Source: Octopus sinensis (taxonomy: Eukaryota). From it: a stretch of 64,000 nt of DNA. The position numbers and the translations under genes were made by a program. The DNA is taken from positions 84,754,001 to 84,818,000 of the forward strand of contig NC_042998.1 in NCBI RefSeq assembly GCF_006345805.1. The letters are read 5' to 3'. Of the stretch, positions 1 to 12,780 are shown one piece after another. The notes under the pieces were generated by a model. That model saw only the letters and a list, made by a program, of their open reading frames with translations, was not told where the DNA came from and ran no database searches. Position 1 is the stretch's first letter, and the number at the start of each line of letters is the position of its first letter.

Positions 1-1378
1 ATGAACTGTTTATCCTTACAAGACAAGCATTTTACAGAATAAGGATTTAACAACGTCAACACAACTCAAGTAATTTCTCTTTGAACTTTTTTTCATAACA
101 TCATAATAGAGAAAAGAGTATTTCATGGTGCAACGTATGGAAATTATTCTATAGAAGAAAAGCAAGCACTTGCTATCATGAACAAATGCAATGAGGAGTA
201 TGATTCTGAATTAGAGTGAATGAAAGGGAAAACTCATTAAGATGCTAAAAGGAAATGCCATGTCCCAGACACCCTGAAACAGGAATATCTCACCAAAGCA
301 GTTTGTTTGTTTTACTTGAATTTGGCTGGTGTCAAAAACTCTGATCGACTGTTTGATTCTGCTGTTAAAGTAGCCAAATGCTGTTATGAAAAATATCTGA
401 AAGGTGAACTTGACAGTGCTGAAAAAAGTCCAAAGAAACGTTTCAGAGTCACTGGAGGAGTTTGTAAAACAAAAGTACCAAGCATGAGAGAAGCCTTGTT
501 TGACTGGTTTGCTCTATGGAGAACTGGCCCAAGGCAAGAGATATTGTTAGAATATCGCTGCATGCGATATCACCACAAACTCTTTTCCTATTACAGGCTG
601 AGAAATTTTATGAGGAGTGTATTTGCCAGCACCCAGATACACCAACTGAGGAAAAGATTTATTTTTCAAAATGCTAGATGAAAGGTTGGCAAAAAGAGTT
701 CAGGATATCACTGAAATTTCCAAACAAATGCATTTCAGTCTCCAAAGAACAATGTGTTGAGCGCATTCAGGATTATTTGAAGAACATATGGAGTATGCGT
801 TGTTATTTCTTAGACAAATTTTGTTTAAATCCTCCTATTATCAATGTGTTTTATTTTAATTTCTTTTGAAAACATGTTGCTTGTATCAGTATCTTTTTAG
901 TCCACAGCGTTTAAAAAGAAAATATATCCCATAATTAACAAATGTCTTATTTTTATTATCCAAATGTATAGCTTAATTAAAGCGAGCATTTGAAGAACAT
1001 GTATGTGCTAATTTCACTCCTTGCTCATTTCTTTTGCCTCGTTGTGTCGTTATATGTGCTTTAAGATGCTTTTTTTCCTGATTTTCATACATTCACTATA
1101 CAGTTACGCACCCCTGTTTATTCGAATCCACCCGCTTATATGAATTTAAGTAAATGTCCAACCCACCCGCTAATTCCCCACACCACTATTATTTGAGACC
1201 TAAGAGTAAATAACTGGTTTTTAAAAAAACAAGGGAGACAACTTATAAATTTTAGAATTTTATACAGTTACCACTATACAATTACCAATTTTCCAACTCA
1301 CCTGCTGATATGAATTTATGGAAATGTCCAACCCACCAGCTTATTCCACATATCCCTATTATTTTGGACTCGAGAGTA
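1..1378 (+). mobile_element. Degenerate pogo/Tigger-like DNA transposon remnant (3' part), with a duplicated terminal segment
   Basis: Broken ORFs 307-681 and 678-869 (KRFRVTGG..K.KVPSMREALFDWF; FRISLKFPNK) resemble a CENP-B-type HTH transposase. Two ~115-bp similar segments (~1095-1208 and ~1259-1378) both end in ...GAGAGTA/AAGAGTA. Confidence 0.5.
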
Positions 1379-1540
1379 TTGCTTTAAAGTTGATGGTTAA
1401 AACATGCAATTATTTTTGCACATAAATGATATAAAATATATTTATATAAAGATATTTATCATGTAAATTTTGTATTTTTTTCATGCATGTATGATACTGA
1501 TAATTATTTTTTGATGCATAAAATCCATTTTTTTTTTTAG

Positions 1541-1810
1541 GACCCTTAGAACCAACTAATATAACTGAAATTATTGTTACTGGAACAAATGTTTCTATTA
1601 AATGGCAATTTGACAAGCAGAAATCTGGTGGAGATGTATGGATAATTAAATACAAAGTCGAAAATGCAGACACTTACGAAGAAAAAAATAGGAGCTTACA
1701 AAGCATACAATTAATATTGCTAGAGGATGGTACAAAGTACGAAGTGGAAATATGGACTGTGGCTAACAATATGACAAGTGAAACATTCTTGAATACATCA
1801 TTTGTTACTG
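1541..1810 (+). CDS. RPTP exon A1: complete FN3 domain (phase 1-1, 270 nt)
   Basis: ttttttag|GA...ACT G|gtaag; PLEPTNITEIIVTGTNVSIKWQF...WIIKYK...LEDGTKYEVEIWTVANNMTSETFLNTSFVT, with FN3 W, Y and L..G..Y motifs. Confidence 0.9.
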
Positions 1811-2159
1811 GTAAGTAGGCAAATTTAAAATTCTTTTTCAGAACATAAATTTGACTTTGCTTGTATGATCTTAATCAAAACAGCAAAAATTAAAATTCCT
1901 AAAATTAGATCAGGAATAAATGTATTTCTTTGAAGGAAATAATGCTATTAAAACTTTAGAAGGTTAAAGAAAAATTCATTTTCATGGTTAGAGATTTAAC
2001 TTATAATGAAGAAAATTTCTAGTTTGATAAAGAATTTTTGTTTTTACTTTACCTATGTTATTTTTGGGAGCAACCTATTTAATTAACTGTTTTAATGCTA
2101 TGTCATTATGGATCATATAATTTCACACTATTTTATTAACATATCTTTTCTCATCCAGT

Positions 2160-2620
2160 TCTCTATTTGAGACTACTTCCCGCTGTGGGATGAAGTTAAA
2201 ATAATAGACAGAGAACACTACTAGAAAATACGAAAACTAAAAGAAACAGCACATATGCTAGGACATAATAACCTCCTAAGCAGACCGAGTGCAGATATGA
2301 GTAGCATATGGGAACCAGTATTAAGGAAGAATAGGTAAATATTAGATTTATGAGCCCTAAAATTCACTCCATAATTGCCCAAGAGCATATGGCGTAGTAG
2401 TTAAGAGCATGGGCTACTAACCCCAAGATTCCGAGTTCGATTCCAGACAGTAACTTGAATAATAATAGTAATAATAATAATATAGGAAAAATACCTTAGG
2501 AATGAGAACCCAGATTCGAAATTACCCCAGGACACCTGATGAAGGTTGGAGAGTATATCAGCTGAAATGTTGTGTTAACCTCAAGCAAAACGAGGACAAA
2601 TATTTGTCAAATGTAAGTAA
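2160..2620 (+). mobile_element. Penelope-like element 3' remnant (GIY-YIG C-terminus and terminal repeat) with a tRNA-like head at ~2383-2460
   Basis: Frame WDEVKIIDREHY*KIRKLKETAHMLGHNNLLSRPSADMSSIWEPVLR; A-box TGGCGTAGTAG and B-box GTTCGATTC; CTGATGA...GAAA motif at 2536-2567. Confidence 0.6.
2532..2575 (+). ncRNA. Degenerate minimal type I hammerhead ribozyme-like motif (PLE-associated)
   Basis: acac-CTGATGA-a ggttg gagagtatat cagct-GAAA-tgtt-gtgt. Stem I acac/gtgt; stem II and the palindromic stem III are restored if C>T decay is reversed. Confidence 0.5.
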
Positions 2621-2697
2621 TGTAAATAATCTTTTCTTATCTTTGTTATTAAACTAATTTGCATAATAAAGACTTATAAATATTTGTTTATTTCCAG

Positions 2698-2821
2698 ATC
2701 CTGATGCTCTTTCTAATGCTACTGTGAAAACTAATGGAAGAAACATTACAGTTATTTGGGTAAAACAGCCATCATTTACATATACTGCTTGTTTAACAAA
2801 TGTACCCACCTGTTCTGAAAA
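2698..2821 (+). CDS. RPTP exon B1: N-half of FN3 (phase 1-2, 124 nt)
   Basis: tttccag|AT CCT...GAA AA|gtaagt; DPDALSNATVKTNGRNITVIWVKQPSFTYTACLTNVPTCSE(K). Confidence 0.9.
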
Positions 2822-3913
2822 GTAAGTTTATCATAATATTAATTAATTTGATTTTTAAATCCAGTTGATTTACTAAACAGTAAGATATAACTTCTGCTAA
2901 TTGTATTTTTGTTATAATCCAGCTGATGGTATTTTTGTGTGTTAGATGTAATTATCTAGTAAACATTACTCAAACTGTATGTTTCAATACATATTTAATC
3001 TTTGAAAATATTTTAGGTTTTGATATCATTCCTTAATTCTCAAAGCCCTACTCATGTAACTTTCCCAATCTTGTTAGAAAGTAGAAAGTTTGCTGTCACT
3101 TTCACCTGCCAAGGTAGGTTGAATATAGTTGATTACACTTATGTGTCCCCACATGTATTTACAAGGTATAGGCACTTATTTCCTGTTTCTTTGGCATGCG
3201 TTTCTTGTTTCAGATTTCCTGTTTCTAGGATATGCCTTAATTTCTGTCATTCAAAAGTTTTATAAGACCCAACAAATTAGTGCTTTTTACTCTATTACAA
3301 TAATTACAATCTATTCTTAAACTCACCAGTATGGAAATATTTAAAATATATCACAAAATTAATCTTTTTAGTTTTAATTCTTACCATTCTCTAATTAAAG
3401 CATAGATGTAATATCAACCATGTGATGACTCCTCTACTTCTCAGAATTGATAAATTCTGATGTCATTTAGAAAGCTGGTATTTATTGATGACACTTGAAT
3501 ATCACTAAAATTATTTTCTCTGAGTCCATGCTGTATTTTCCCAATTAAATCCTTAAGAATGAATAACACCTAATTCTCACTGCATGAAGTATTAACTGCT
3601 TTTATGCTCAAAATCTAAATGAAGAAAAATTCACTTGATAAAATGCAAAAAATAAAGACACATGGTGCAAGGAAGAAATCTTTGTAAAGCTAAAGTGAGG
3701 ATAAACTTTGTGTATTTCCAGTTTTCAACCATAAACAACAATGTTATTTGAATTGCATCTTCATGTGGCGTATAATTTGGTGTCAATAGCAGATATTTGA
3801 GACACGGCTTTAAAACTTAATCTATAAACTATGTAAATGAGATGCTTGTAATGTTTGAACTTGAGTTTGTATTGTCTTCAATATATGTCAATTATGAATC
3901 TTTTATTTTTAAG

Positions 3914-4032
3914 GAAAAACATAAGCACACATACATTTACAGATCTGGTAGCTGGAAAATCATATGATTTATCTATCATTGTACATGCTTATGACAAAAA
4001 CAGCAGTGAATATAATAGTACTATAATACTCC
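3914..4032 (+). CDS. RPTP exon C1: C-half of FN3 (phase 2-1, 119 nt)
   Basis: tttttaag|G AAA...CTC C|gtaagt; KNISTHTFTDLVAGKSYDLSIIVHAYDKNSSEYNSTIIL. Confidence 0.88.
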
Positions 4033-4773
4033 GTAAGTCTTTGATATGAATTCTAATATTATTAATATTGCCAAACCTGATTTATTAGAATAGTGATAAC
4101 TCAAATATTAATTATTTTCATGAGTGAATATTTATTTTTTTACATGTATTTTTATTCCAACATTTTAAACTGAGGTAGTACGTTTTAAATTCAGGCATAC
4201 CTTATACTATGTCATTAATTGGTTTCAAGAGTCATGACTTAAGTCAAAAAACAACTTCAGTTGTATTAACTTGTCCCTAGATTAGGCAAGGTCGAATTTA
4301 CTTGGCTCTAGGCTAAACTGTTAATAACCATTCCCTGTTGTGTACTTTATTTATGAATGCATTTTCAATAATACATGGTTAATAACAACCTATTTTAAGC
4401 TTACAAACAAATAATTTTTATTTTTTAATACAGTACAGTAAAAAAATAGTAATCTAAATTTATGAATACAATTTGGCGGTGTTTACCATACATTGCGGAT
4501 GCTTTATTTATGAATGCAGTTTGCAATGACGTTTGGTAAAATAAAAGCCTTTTTTTAAGCTTAAAAACAAATTCAGTAATTATTATTATTTTGCAATAGT
4601 GAAAAAACCTAAATTATCTTAAATGTACAAATATGTACATACAATTTGGTGGTTTACATTATTGACCAAATGCCACATATCAGAGGAGGCTCTCAATAAT
4701 AACAGTGTAGTAAAACGTTGGTGTCCCAGCATGGCCACAGCTTTGAGCTGAAACCAACAAGAAAATATATGTA

Positions 4774-4828
<55 letters not shown>

Positions 4829-4849
4829 TAGTAAACATAATACACACAT

Positions 4850-5512
4850 AGAGACAACTGTGCTGGTATGGTCATGGATGAGGACAACACTGTGAGGAAG
4901 TGCCACTCCCTAACTGTGGAAGGAACCTGTAGAAAAGGTTGACCCAGGAAATGAGATGGTGAAGCATGACCTTCGAACATTGGGCCTCAAAGAGGCAATG
5001 ACAGGAGACCGAGACCTTTGGAGATATGCTGTTATTGAGAAGACCCAGCAACTAAAGTGAGATCACCACCATGGCCGATTCCAGTGTTGCATGTCCAGCC
5101 CATTTAAGAGTATGATGATGTGTCAGGTAATATGATATGCTTGAGAAGACCTGTTGAGTCAAGTAAAACCAAAATTACAGCTGTGGCTAGTGTCCCCTAA
5201 GTAGCTCCCATGCTGGTGACACATAAAAAGCACTATCCAAATGTGATCGATGGCAGGACTGCCTGACTGGCCCCCGTGCCGGTGGCACATCAGAAGCACT
5301 ATCTGAATGTGGCCTGCCTGACTGACTCCTGTGATGGTGCTATGTAAAAGGTACCCACTACACACTCAGAGTAGTTGGCGTTACGAAGGACATCCAGCTG
5401 TAGAAACATTGCCAGATCAGATTGGGGCCTGGTGCATCCGCTGGCTCTCCAGACTGCAGTCAAACTGTCCAACCCATGCCAACTTGGAAAATGGGCGTTA
5501 AACAATGATGCT
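4850..5512 (+). mobile_element. 5'-truncated RTE-clade LINE (ORF end plus long 3' UTR ending in AAACAATGATG)
   Basis: RT C-terminal remnant (GHG.G..VRKC...VEGTCRKG...DL.TLGL..AMT.DRDLW) followed by the 3' UTR motif GGAAGGGCATCCAGCTGTAGAAAC...CCAACCCATGC and a (GAT)n-type tail, repeated many times in this window. Confidence 0.7.
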
Positions 5513-5934
5513 GATACATACATACATTCATACATACATACATACATACATAATAAATATGACTATATATTAGTATATGAGTATTCCAAATGGATCATAA
5601 TGTAATTCTTGTATTGTCCTTTGTACACCCTGATGATTTTCCATACAAGGAATTTAAAATGCAAAATTATATATTTATGTATGTTTTGCAATTTTAATTT
5701 TGTTTGTGAAATGAAACAATTATAGGTGAATATGTTAATTAATTAATAAATTAATTTGTATCCATTAGATCTCTATTTTCTAACTTGATAATAATATTTG
5801 ATATTTTATGATATTTTATATAATATATTAATTAAAGAAACATCTCTTCAAAATGTAATTTATTTAACCAGTGTATCGTGGATAAAAATATCCCTATAAG
5901 AGGTTTAATATCCTCATTGTGACTATTCTTTTAT

Positions 5935-6090
5935 TTGTTTCAGTCATCTGACTGTGGCCATGCTAGTGCATAGCTTTTAATTGAATAAATTGACCCCAGG
6001 ACTTATTCTTTGTAAGCCTAGTACTTATTCTATTGGTCTCTTTTGCTGAACCGCTAGGTTATGGGGATGTAAACATGCCAACATTGGTTG
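5935..6090 (+). mobile_element. Octopus-type SINE fragment
   Basis: GACCCCAGGACTTATTCTTTGTAAGCCTAGTACTTATTCTATTGGTCTCTTTTGCTGAACCGCTAG core; related copies at ~4670-4760 (-), 7345-7525 (-), 7540-7745 (+) and 41390-41600 (+). Confidence 0.6.
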
Positions 6091-6254
6091 TCAAATTTAT
6101 ATTTATATATATAACATATAAGTTCAAATAAAAGTTATAAACCTCATCGAGGGATAATAAAATCCAGTGAAAATACTGGTTAGTTACCTATTCAAAAAGT
6201 GTTGAATATTACAATTAATATTCAACTGCAAGGTAACCAGATAAATCGTGGATT

Positions 6255-6455
6255 CATCATCATCATCATCATCATTTAACGTCCGCTTTCCATGCTAGCA
6301 TGGGTTGGACGGTTCAACTGGGGTCTGGGGAGCCCGAAAGCTGCACCAGTCCAGTCAGATCTGGCAGTGTTTCTACAGCTGGATGCCCTTCCTAACGCCA
6401 ACCACTCCGAGAGTGTAGTGGGTGATTTTATGTGCCACCGACACAGGTGCCAGAC
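6255..6455 (-). mobile_element. RTE LINE 3'-UTR terminal fragment, young subfamily
   Basis: (CAT)n tail then TTTAACGTCCGCTTTCCATGCTAGCATGGGTTGGACGG; CpGs intact; nearly identical to 54340-54540. Confidence 0.7.
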
Positions 6456-6809
6456 GATATATATATTTAAAGAAGATAAGAAAATAGGGAAATAATTGAT
6501 AAATAATTATTTATTAATTAAAAAAATTTCAATTCCAAACCTTTAGAAATTAATTAACAAATTTAAAACCATTTAAAAGTTGAATCACATCAGAGTTAGC
6601 TAAGGATTTAACAAATTAGGTGTTCAATTCCTGTAGGTTGAGTATACTGCTGCAAACTGTTAACTGATAAAATTTAGATATAAAGAACTTGGTCTAAACT
6701 TTACCAAGGGGTGGAAGGTAGTATATTTATTGGACTTATAATAAAAATTAAGAACAGAGCTGTTAAGTAAAAGAAAAAGCGAAAGTAGGTATATGAGTAT
6801 AATTGTTAT

Positions 6810-7210
6810 CATTATCATCAGCGTTTTCCATGCTAGCATGGGTTGGACAATTTGACTGAGGACTGGCGAACCAGATGACTGCACCAGGCTCCAGTCTGAT
6901 CTGGCAGAGTTTCTACAGCTGGATGCCCTTCCTAATGCCAACCACTCCAAGAGTGTTGTGGGTGCTTTTACATGCCACCGGCACGAGGGCCAGTCAGGTG
7001 GTACTGGCAACGGCCATGCTCAAATGGTGTTTTTACGTGCCACCTACACAGGAGCCAGTCCAGCGGCACTGGCAGCGACCTCGCTCGAATGTTTTTTCAC
7101 GTGCCACCAGCATAAGTGCCAGTAAGGCGACGCTGGTAACGATCATGCTTGAATGGTACTTTTTATGTGCCACCGGCACGAGGGCCAGTTAGCTGCTCTG
7201 GCAACAATCA
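6810..7210 (-). mobile_element. RTE LINE 3'-UTR fragment with internal subrepeats
   Basis: Same family as 6255-6455, with repeated TTTTACGTGCCACC(GG/AG)CAC units. Further copies at ~7770-8050, 25330-25460, 28030-28620, 32780-33140, 36800-37560, 38340-38870, 44390-44600, 57770-57990, 60490-60740 and 62810-63570. Confidence 0.65.
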
Positions 7211-8059
7211 TATATTACAATATCATATGCACCAATACTAATGCAATAAATAAGTAGTGTGTAGATTGATATTAGTAAACTGATAAGTAAATAAAATAGA
7301 AATTAAGAAGTAAAATTAAAAATAAAAATGAACATGTAATTATCTAAGTTATGGGGAGGTAACCTGCGTTTACGTCCCCATAACTTAGCGGTTCGGCAAA
7401 CGAAACTCATAGAATAAATACTTAGCTTACAAAGAATGAGTTCTGGGGTCAATTTGTTCGACTAAAGCTGGTGTTCCAGCATGGCTGCAGTCAAATGACT
7501 GAAACAAGTAAAAGAATAAAAGAATATATTTATTCTTTTTTATTTTTTTCAATCATTTGACTGCAGTTATGCTGGAGTACCACGTTTTTTAGTCGAAGAA
7601 ACTGTCCCCAGGGCTTATTCTTTGTAAGCCTGGTACTTATTCTGTTGGTCTCTTTTGCCGAACCACTAAGCTTCAGGGACATAAACACACCAACAGCAGT
7701 TGTGAAGCAATGGTGGTGGGGACAAACACTGACACTAAGACACACACATAAATATCCATATATATATATGATGGGCTTCTTTCAGTTTCCAACTACCAAA
7801 TCCACTTGAGAAGATGACCCATCAACTTGAGCAAAATCGCAGTCATGGTGTATACTCGTGTCACGGGAATGGGGCCTGTGCTGGTGACACATAAAAGCAC
7901 CCATTATAGTCTTGGACTGGTTGGTGTTAGGAAGGGTATGCAGCCATAGAAAACCATGCCAAATCAAACTAAAGTCTGGTGCAGCCTTTCAGCTTACCAG
8001 CTCCAGTCAAACCATGCAACCCATGCCAGTATGGACAACAGATGATGATGTTGTATGTA

Positions 8060-9512
8060 TATAATTGGCCCTTTTCATCAATGCAGACTGTCAATTTAGC
8101 TTAGAGGTTACTTAAACGAACATATCAGGGGCTCCTTTTCTTGCTGCATCTTTCAAGGCTGATTCTTCGTATGATTGAAGCGCAGCTTCTATCACAGTAC
8201 TTGCATACCAAAATGGTGGCTCAGTGTTCTGCATTTCTGTTGTTTTCCTTTCACCGCTGACGCTTCTCAACTTGTTTGTTTCTGTAGCTGCTCTCTAGCG
8301 AAGCAGCTCCTTCTTTCACTACAGTCCTCCATATTGTTCTGTCCTCAGCCCTCTCTTCCCAGGTGCTGACATCCACCTCACACTTGTACAAACTAGTTTT
8401 GCAAGTGTTCTTAATTTCATCATCATGTGAACCTGTCCACTGTCAAACTCTTTGTTATCAAGCTTGATATGGCCTTTCACTGTGCCCTCCTGAGTGAGGA
8501 TGACTGTCTTCTTTACACTGATGACCAAACCGAAGGCCTTGCATGCTGATGATAGGTGGTCTATCATTATTTGTAGAGTTAATTCACTGTCAGCAACAAG
8601 TGCCACATCGTTGGCGAAGAGAAAGTCTCTTAAGAGAAAGTGCTGTATTGATCTTGGTCTTGGCCCGAAGTCTAGAAAGATCAAAGAGTGACCTATCAGT
8701 TCTCCAACAAAGGTAGACATCTCCTGGTGACTCTTGAAATGCATACTGCAGCAATACAGCAAAGTAAATGCTGAAAAGGATTGGTGCTAAGACACAACCT
8801 TGTTTTACTCCGCTGTTGATGTTGAAGCTATCTGATATTAAACTGTCAAACTGAATAGTGGCCTTCCTGTCATCATGGAATGAAACAATGAGCTGCTGTA
8901 GTATTGGGGGACAGCCACATTTTCCAAGTACTATGTACAGTCCTGATCTGCTGACTGTAGCAAATGCCTTTGTCAGATTGACAAATGCTATATTTAGTGG
9001 TAATTGCTATTCCCGGCATTTTTCTTGTAGTTGACGAATGGAGATCATATCTGTTGTTGAGTGGTTAGATCTAAAACTCAGTGGCTCTCTGGTAGTACTC
9101 TTTCTGCTAGCTTTTGAAGGCGTTTCAGAATGATCCTCGCAAAAGCTTTTCCAGTGATGCTCAGAAGTGAGATGCCTCTACAGTTATTGCAATCTCCCTT
9201 TTCCCCTTTATTTTTGTAGAGTGATGATCTTGGGATCTCTCATATCCTGTGGAATTTTTACTTCCAACCAACATGTCTTTAGTAACTTGTATAAATGTGG
9301 AAGGAGGGTATCTTTGTTCTCTTTCAACACTTCAGCAGGTATATTGTCATTTCTGGGTGCTTTTCTGCCTGCAAGTTCGTTGATTGCAGTGGGGAGTTCT
9401 TCTTCCTTTGGTGGTATATCAAGTTCTGTCATTTCGGGGAGCTGAGGAATGGCCTCATCAAGCTGTCTATCAACATCTCACTCCTTTGTGTACAATTTAG
9501 AGTAATGTTCCA
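8060..9512 (-). mobile_element. RTE-BovB-like LINE reverse transcriptase remnant
   Basis: Minus-strand ORF pieces GRKAPRNDNIPAEVLK...PQDMRDPKIITL and LLRDFLFANDVAL...ACKAFGLVISVKKTV (decayed YADD motif); multiple stops and frameshifts. Confidence 0.85.
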
Positions 9513-9537
9513 CCCATCTTTCCATTTATATATATAT

Positions 9538-9570
<33 letters not shown>

Positions 9571-10094
9571 ATGATGATGATGATACATATATAAATATAT
9601 GTATATATAATAAATCCCCAAAAAATGAAGAACAAACACAAGAAAGAAACAACAATGCATGGACATGGTACATGCAAGGTATGAGTAGACGCCCAGGGAG
9701 GGAAAGAAAGGTAGTCTTACGTTTCAAGCAAGGTGCTTCATCAGAAACAGGAGATGGAGGAAAGTCCAAGAAAAAAAAATAAGACAGAGGGGAAAAAACT
9801 GCCAATGATCCACATGTGGTTACATTTATATAACACACACATAAATGTTCAATTTATAAGGAAAGATCCAGAGGAACAGTTACAAAGTAGCCAGATGTTA
9901 CATAAGCATCCTATGACTTTGTAACCACACTTGTGTGGGAGTTAATGCTGGGGATAAGTGAGAAGAGAACATAAGAATAACGGTAAATGGAGACAAATGC
10001 CCAAGATGTTACTTAAATCATTTAACATCTTGGGTATTTGTCTCTATTTTCCATCATTCTTATATGTATATATATACATATATGTATGTTAACA

Positions 10095-11870
10095 TATCAT
10101 CATCATAACCATCATTGTTTAATGCCTGCTTTCCATACTGGCATGGGTTTGACTGAGGACTGGAAAACCAGGTGGCTTTCATCACCTGATCCAACAATTT
10201 GATACCTCTGTAGCTATTCGTATCTAATGCATCACCTTTACCTTTGTAGCAGTTTACTATGGTGCTGCTACCCCAGTCATTGGGTATGACACCTTCATGT
10301 ATCACCTGATTGACTGTATGAGTGACTAGACTATAGCCTACACTGCCAGATATTTTAAGCATCTCAGCAGTGATTCCTGATGGGCTGGGGGTTTTCCCTG
10401 TCTTCATACTTTTAATTGCTTTATCTACCAAGGTACTGTCAATTTGGATAGCTGGTTCCTCTGTTGGGTTGACATTTGGTAGACTCTTTTTCTCCCATTC
10501 ATTCTCTTCATTTAGCAACCTTTCATAGTGGCATCTCCAAGTCTCTCTCTTTGCAGCATCATTAAGTGGAAGTGAGTCATCATCCATGTGGACACATTTC
10601 CCTCCTATGATATCATGATTCTCTCTCACACACTGTCTTGCAATACGAAACATACAAGTCTCTGGTTCTCATGACTCAGAATATTGGCAAATATTTTCTT
10701 CTGCTTCCCCTTTAGCTAAGTAAACCTATCTCCTAGCTTCCCTTTTGTTGATCGGATACAGTTTCCTTCTCTCACTCTTCTTCCAGTCCTTCCATGCCTG
10801 TTTCTTTTTCCTAATGGTCCTGTCAACTACATTGTTCCACTACCACGTTATCCTAGGTCAAGAGGGGACTTTGCACTCTCCACAGATCTGGTCAGCACCC
10901 CTTGACAGGTTGTCCCATAGGAATCTCCAGTTGTCCTCCACATTATGTGATGTTATATGCTCCTCTTTTTCGTCAAAAGCTTCAAGTAATACATCTCTAA
11001 ATCTCTGTCCATCCACAGGATCCTTAAGCTTCCAGACTTTTCTTTTCCATGCTGGTCGTCTTCTGGCTGCCATTTAGCCCTGATCCTGAAGTCGCTTTCT
11101 ACTAGCCTATGATATGAGGTGCATTCTTAACCTGGGAAAGTTTTGGCATTTATAAGTAGCCATCTTTCCCGTTTCCTGGTGAGAATGTAGTCAATCTGAT
11201 TAGTGGGCCCACCAGACTGGTAGGTGAATAGGTGACTGGTAAGTTTCTTGAAGTTAGTATTACAGAGCATAAGATCATTTGCATCTCAGAACTCCAGCAG
11301 ACTGGTTCCTTCCTCATTGTGGGAACCAAATCCATTGTCACCATGTACACCATGGAAACTCCCTGAATGTTATCCAACATGCCCCTTGAAGTCACCAGCC
11401 ACAAAGAGAAGGTCCCTATTAGTCATTGATGAGGTAGTCTGCAAGAGGGTGTCATAAAATCGGTCTTACTGTTTTCAAGTATCCCAAGCTGAGGAGCATA
11501 AGCTGAGACAATGGTTGTTAATCCATGTTGCACCGCTAGTCTAAGCTTAAGTATTCTATCACAGACTCTGACTACCTTGATTAATCAATCCATTTTCTCC
11601 ACAAGGAGTATACCCACGCCCCCAAACTCATCAATGTTCCCTACCCAGAAAATCTTATACCTATGTTCTTTGCCTGTGAGGAACCTAACAGAAGTTTCTC
11701 TTCACCTTACTTCTTGGATGCAGCACAAATCAACATGTCTCTGTCCAAGCATCTCAACAATCTCATCAGACTTACCTTTCAACTTGCAAACATTAAGTTA
11801 GCCAACTGTGATGGTGTGGAAGGTGTGGGCCAGTGAGACCCTGGGATGGGGGATAGCAACATTATGCATC
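10095..11870 (-). mobile_element. RTE-clade LINE with APE endonuclease and RT N-terminus, internally deleted and fused to its own 3' tail
   Basis: ORF 10060-10653 (WRCHYERLLNEEN...KAIKSMKTGK...SGITAEMLK...YKGKGDALDTNSYRGIKLL); endonuclease remnants at 11150-11800; the RT breaks directly into the terminal (GAT)n segment at ~10175. Confidence 0.8.
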
Positions 11871-11907
11871 TAAAAAGAAAGCTTGCAATGACATTATATA
11901 ACACACG

Positions 11908-11954
<47 letters not shown>

Positions 11955-11999
11955 ATATATTATATATATAATAATATTATTTTGAGCTTTCTTTTCTGT

Positions 12000-12780
12000 T
12001 GCATAATGTTTGTATCATTCAGAGACAAATAACAAAAAACAAGCAACATCCCTATCAAATGTAATTTGGACATTGAAAGAAGGTGTAATAAGCAATCCCC
12101 ACATTGAATGGAAAATTATTGCTAAAGCCAAAAGATATGGAGGACGGGGTATCAAATGTGAATTCTGTATTACTGAAAAATTAAATATTATACAATCAAC
12201 AGACAACATCTTAAACGTTAAGGAGGAAACTTTCACTTCCTGCATACATAGAAACAATATTTTACCTTCAAATACTATAAAGACTCCCTATAAATGAGGG
12301 TAACTATAAACGAGAGCGACCCTACTAGGATAGCACCTTCATAAATGTGAACAGACATAGCACACAAAGTTCACACAACAAAGAAGAAATAACTCCCAGT
12401 GACGTACAATCTCAACATACAAGTACAAAAACACTGTGTGCAGAACAAAAACAAACAAGTAATGCAAAATTTAAGAAATTTACCGGAAAGACAAATCCAA
12501 GAGACAAACTTCAAAAAATGCCTTCTAGAGTAACATCCCATGATTCATTGTTTTATTGATGCAAATTTACAAGAAATCCGGTGAACGAAACAAGACTGTT
12601 TTCCAAAATGGAGGTGAACACCTTTCTCCATTTGATTGGCTTGAAAAATTGTTAAGATACTAGGATATTCTACTCTTCTTATCATGAAACCAATGGTAGC
12701 CTTAATTCACAAATGAAGAAATTATATATCCACCAATGCGGTGTTGAGCACTCATTTCATTGTTCTACATTTACATATAT
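12000..12780 (+). mobile_element. Penelope-like element C-terminal remnant and terminal region
   Basis: ORF 12010-12297: TSLSNVIWTLKE...IEWKIIAKAK.Y....CEFCITEK..I...NILNVKEETFTSCIH matches the Cys/His-containing C-terminus I know from some PLE GIY-YIG proteins; flanked by (CA)n/(TA)n tracts. Confidence 0.6.

Noticed and set aside
2383-2460. tRNA-like sequence with A and B boxes (similar heads at ~33650-33720 and ~49075-49130)
   Set aside because: No complete cloverleaf or acceptor stem; embedded in repeats, so SINE/TE heads rather than tRNA genes.
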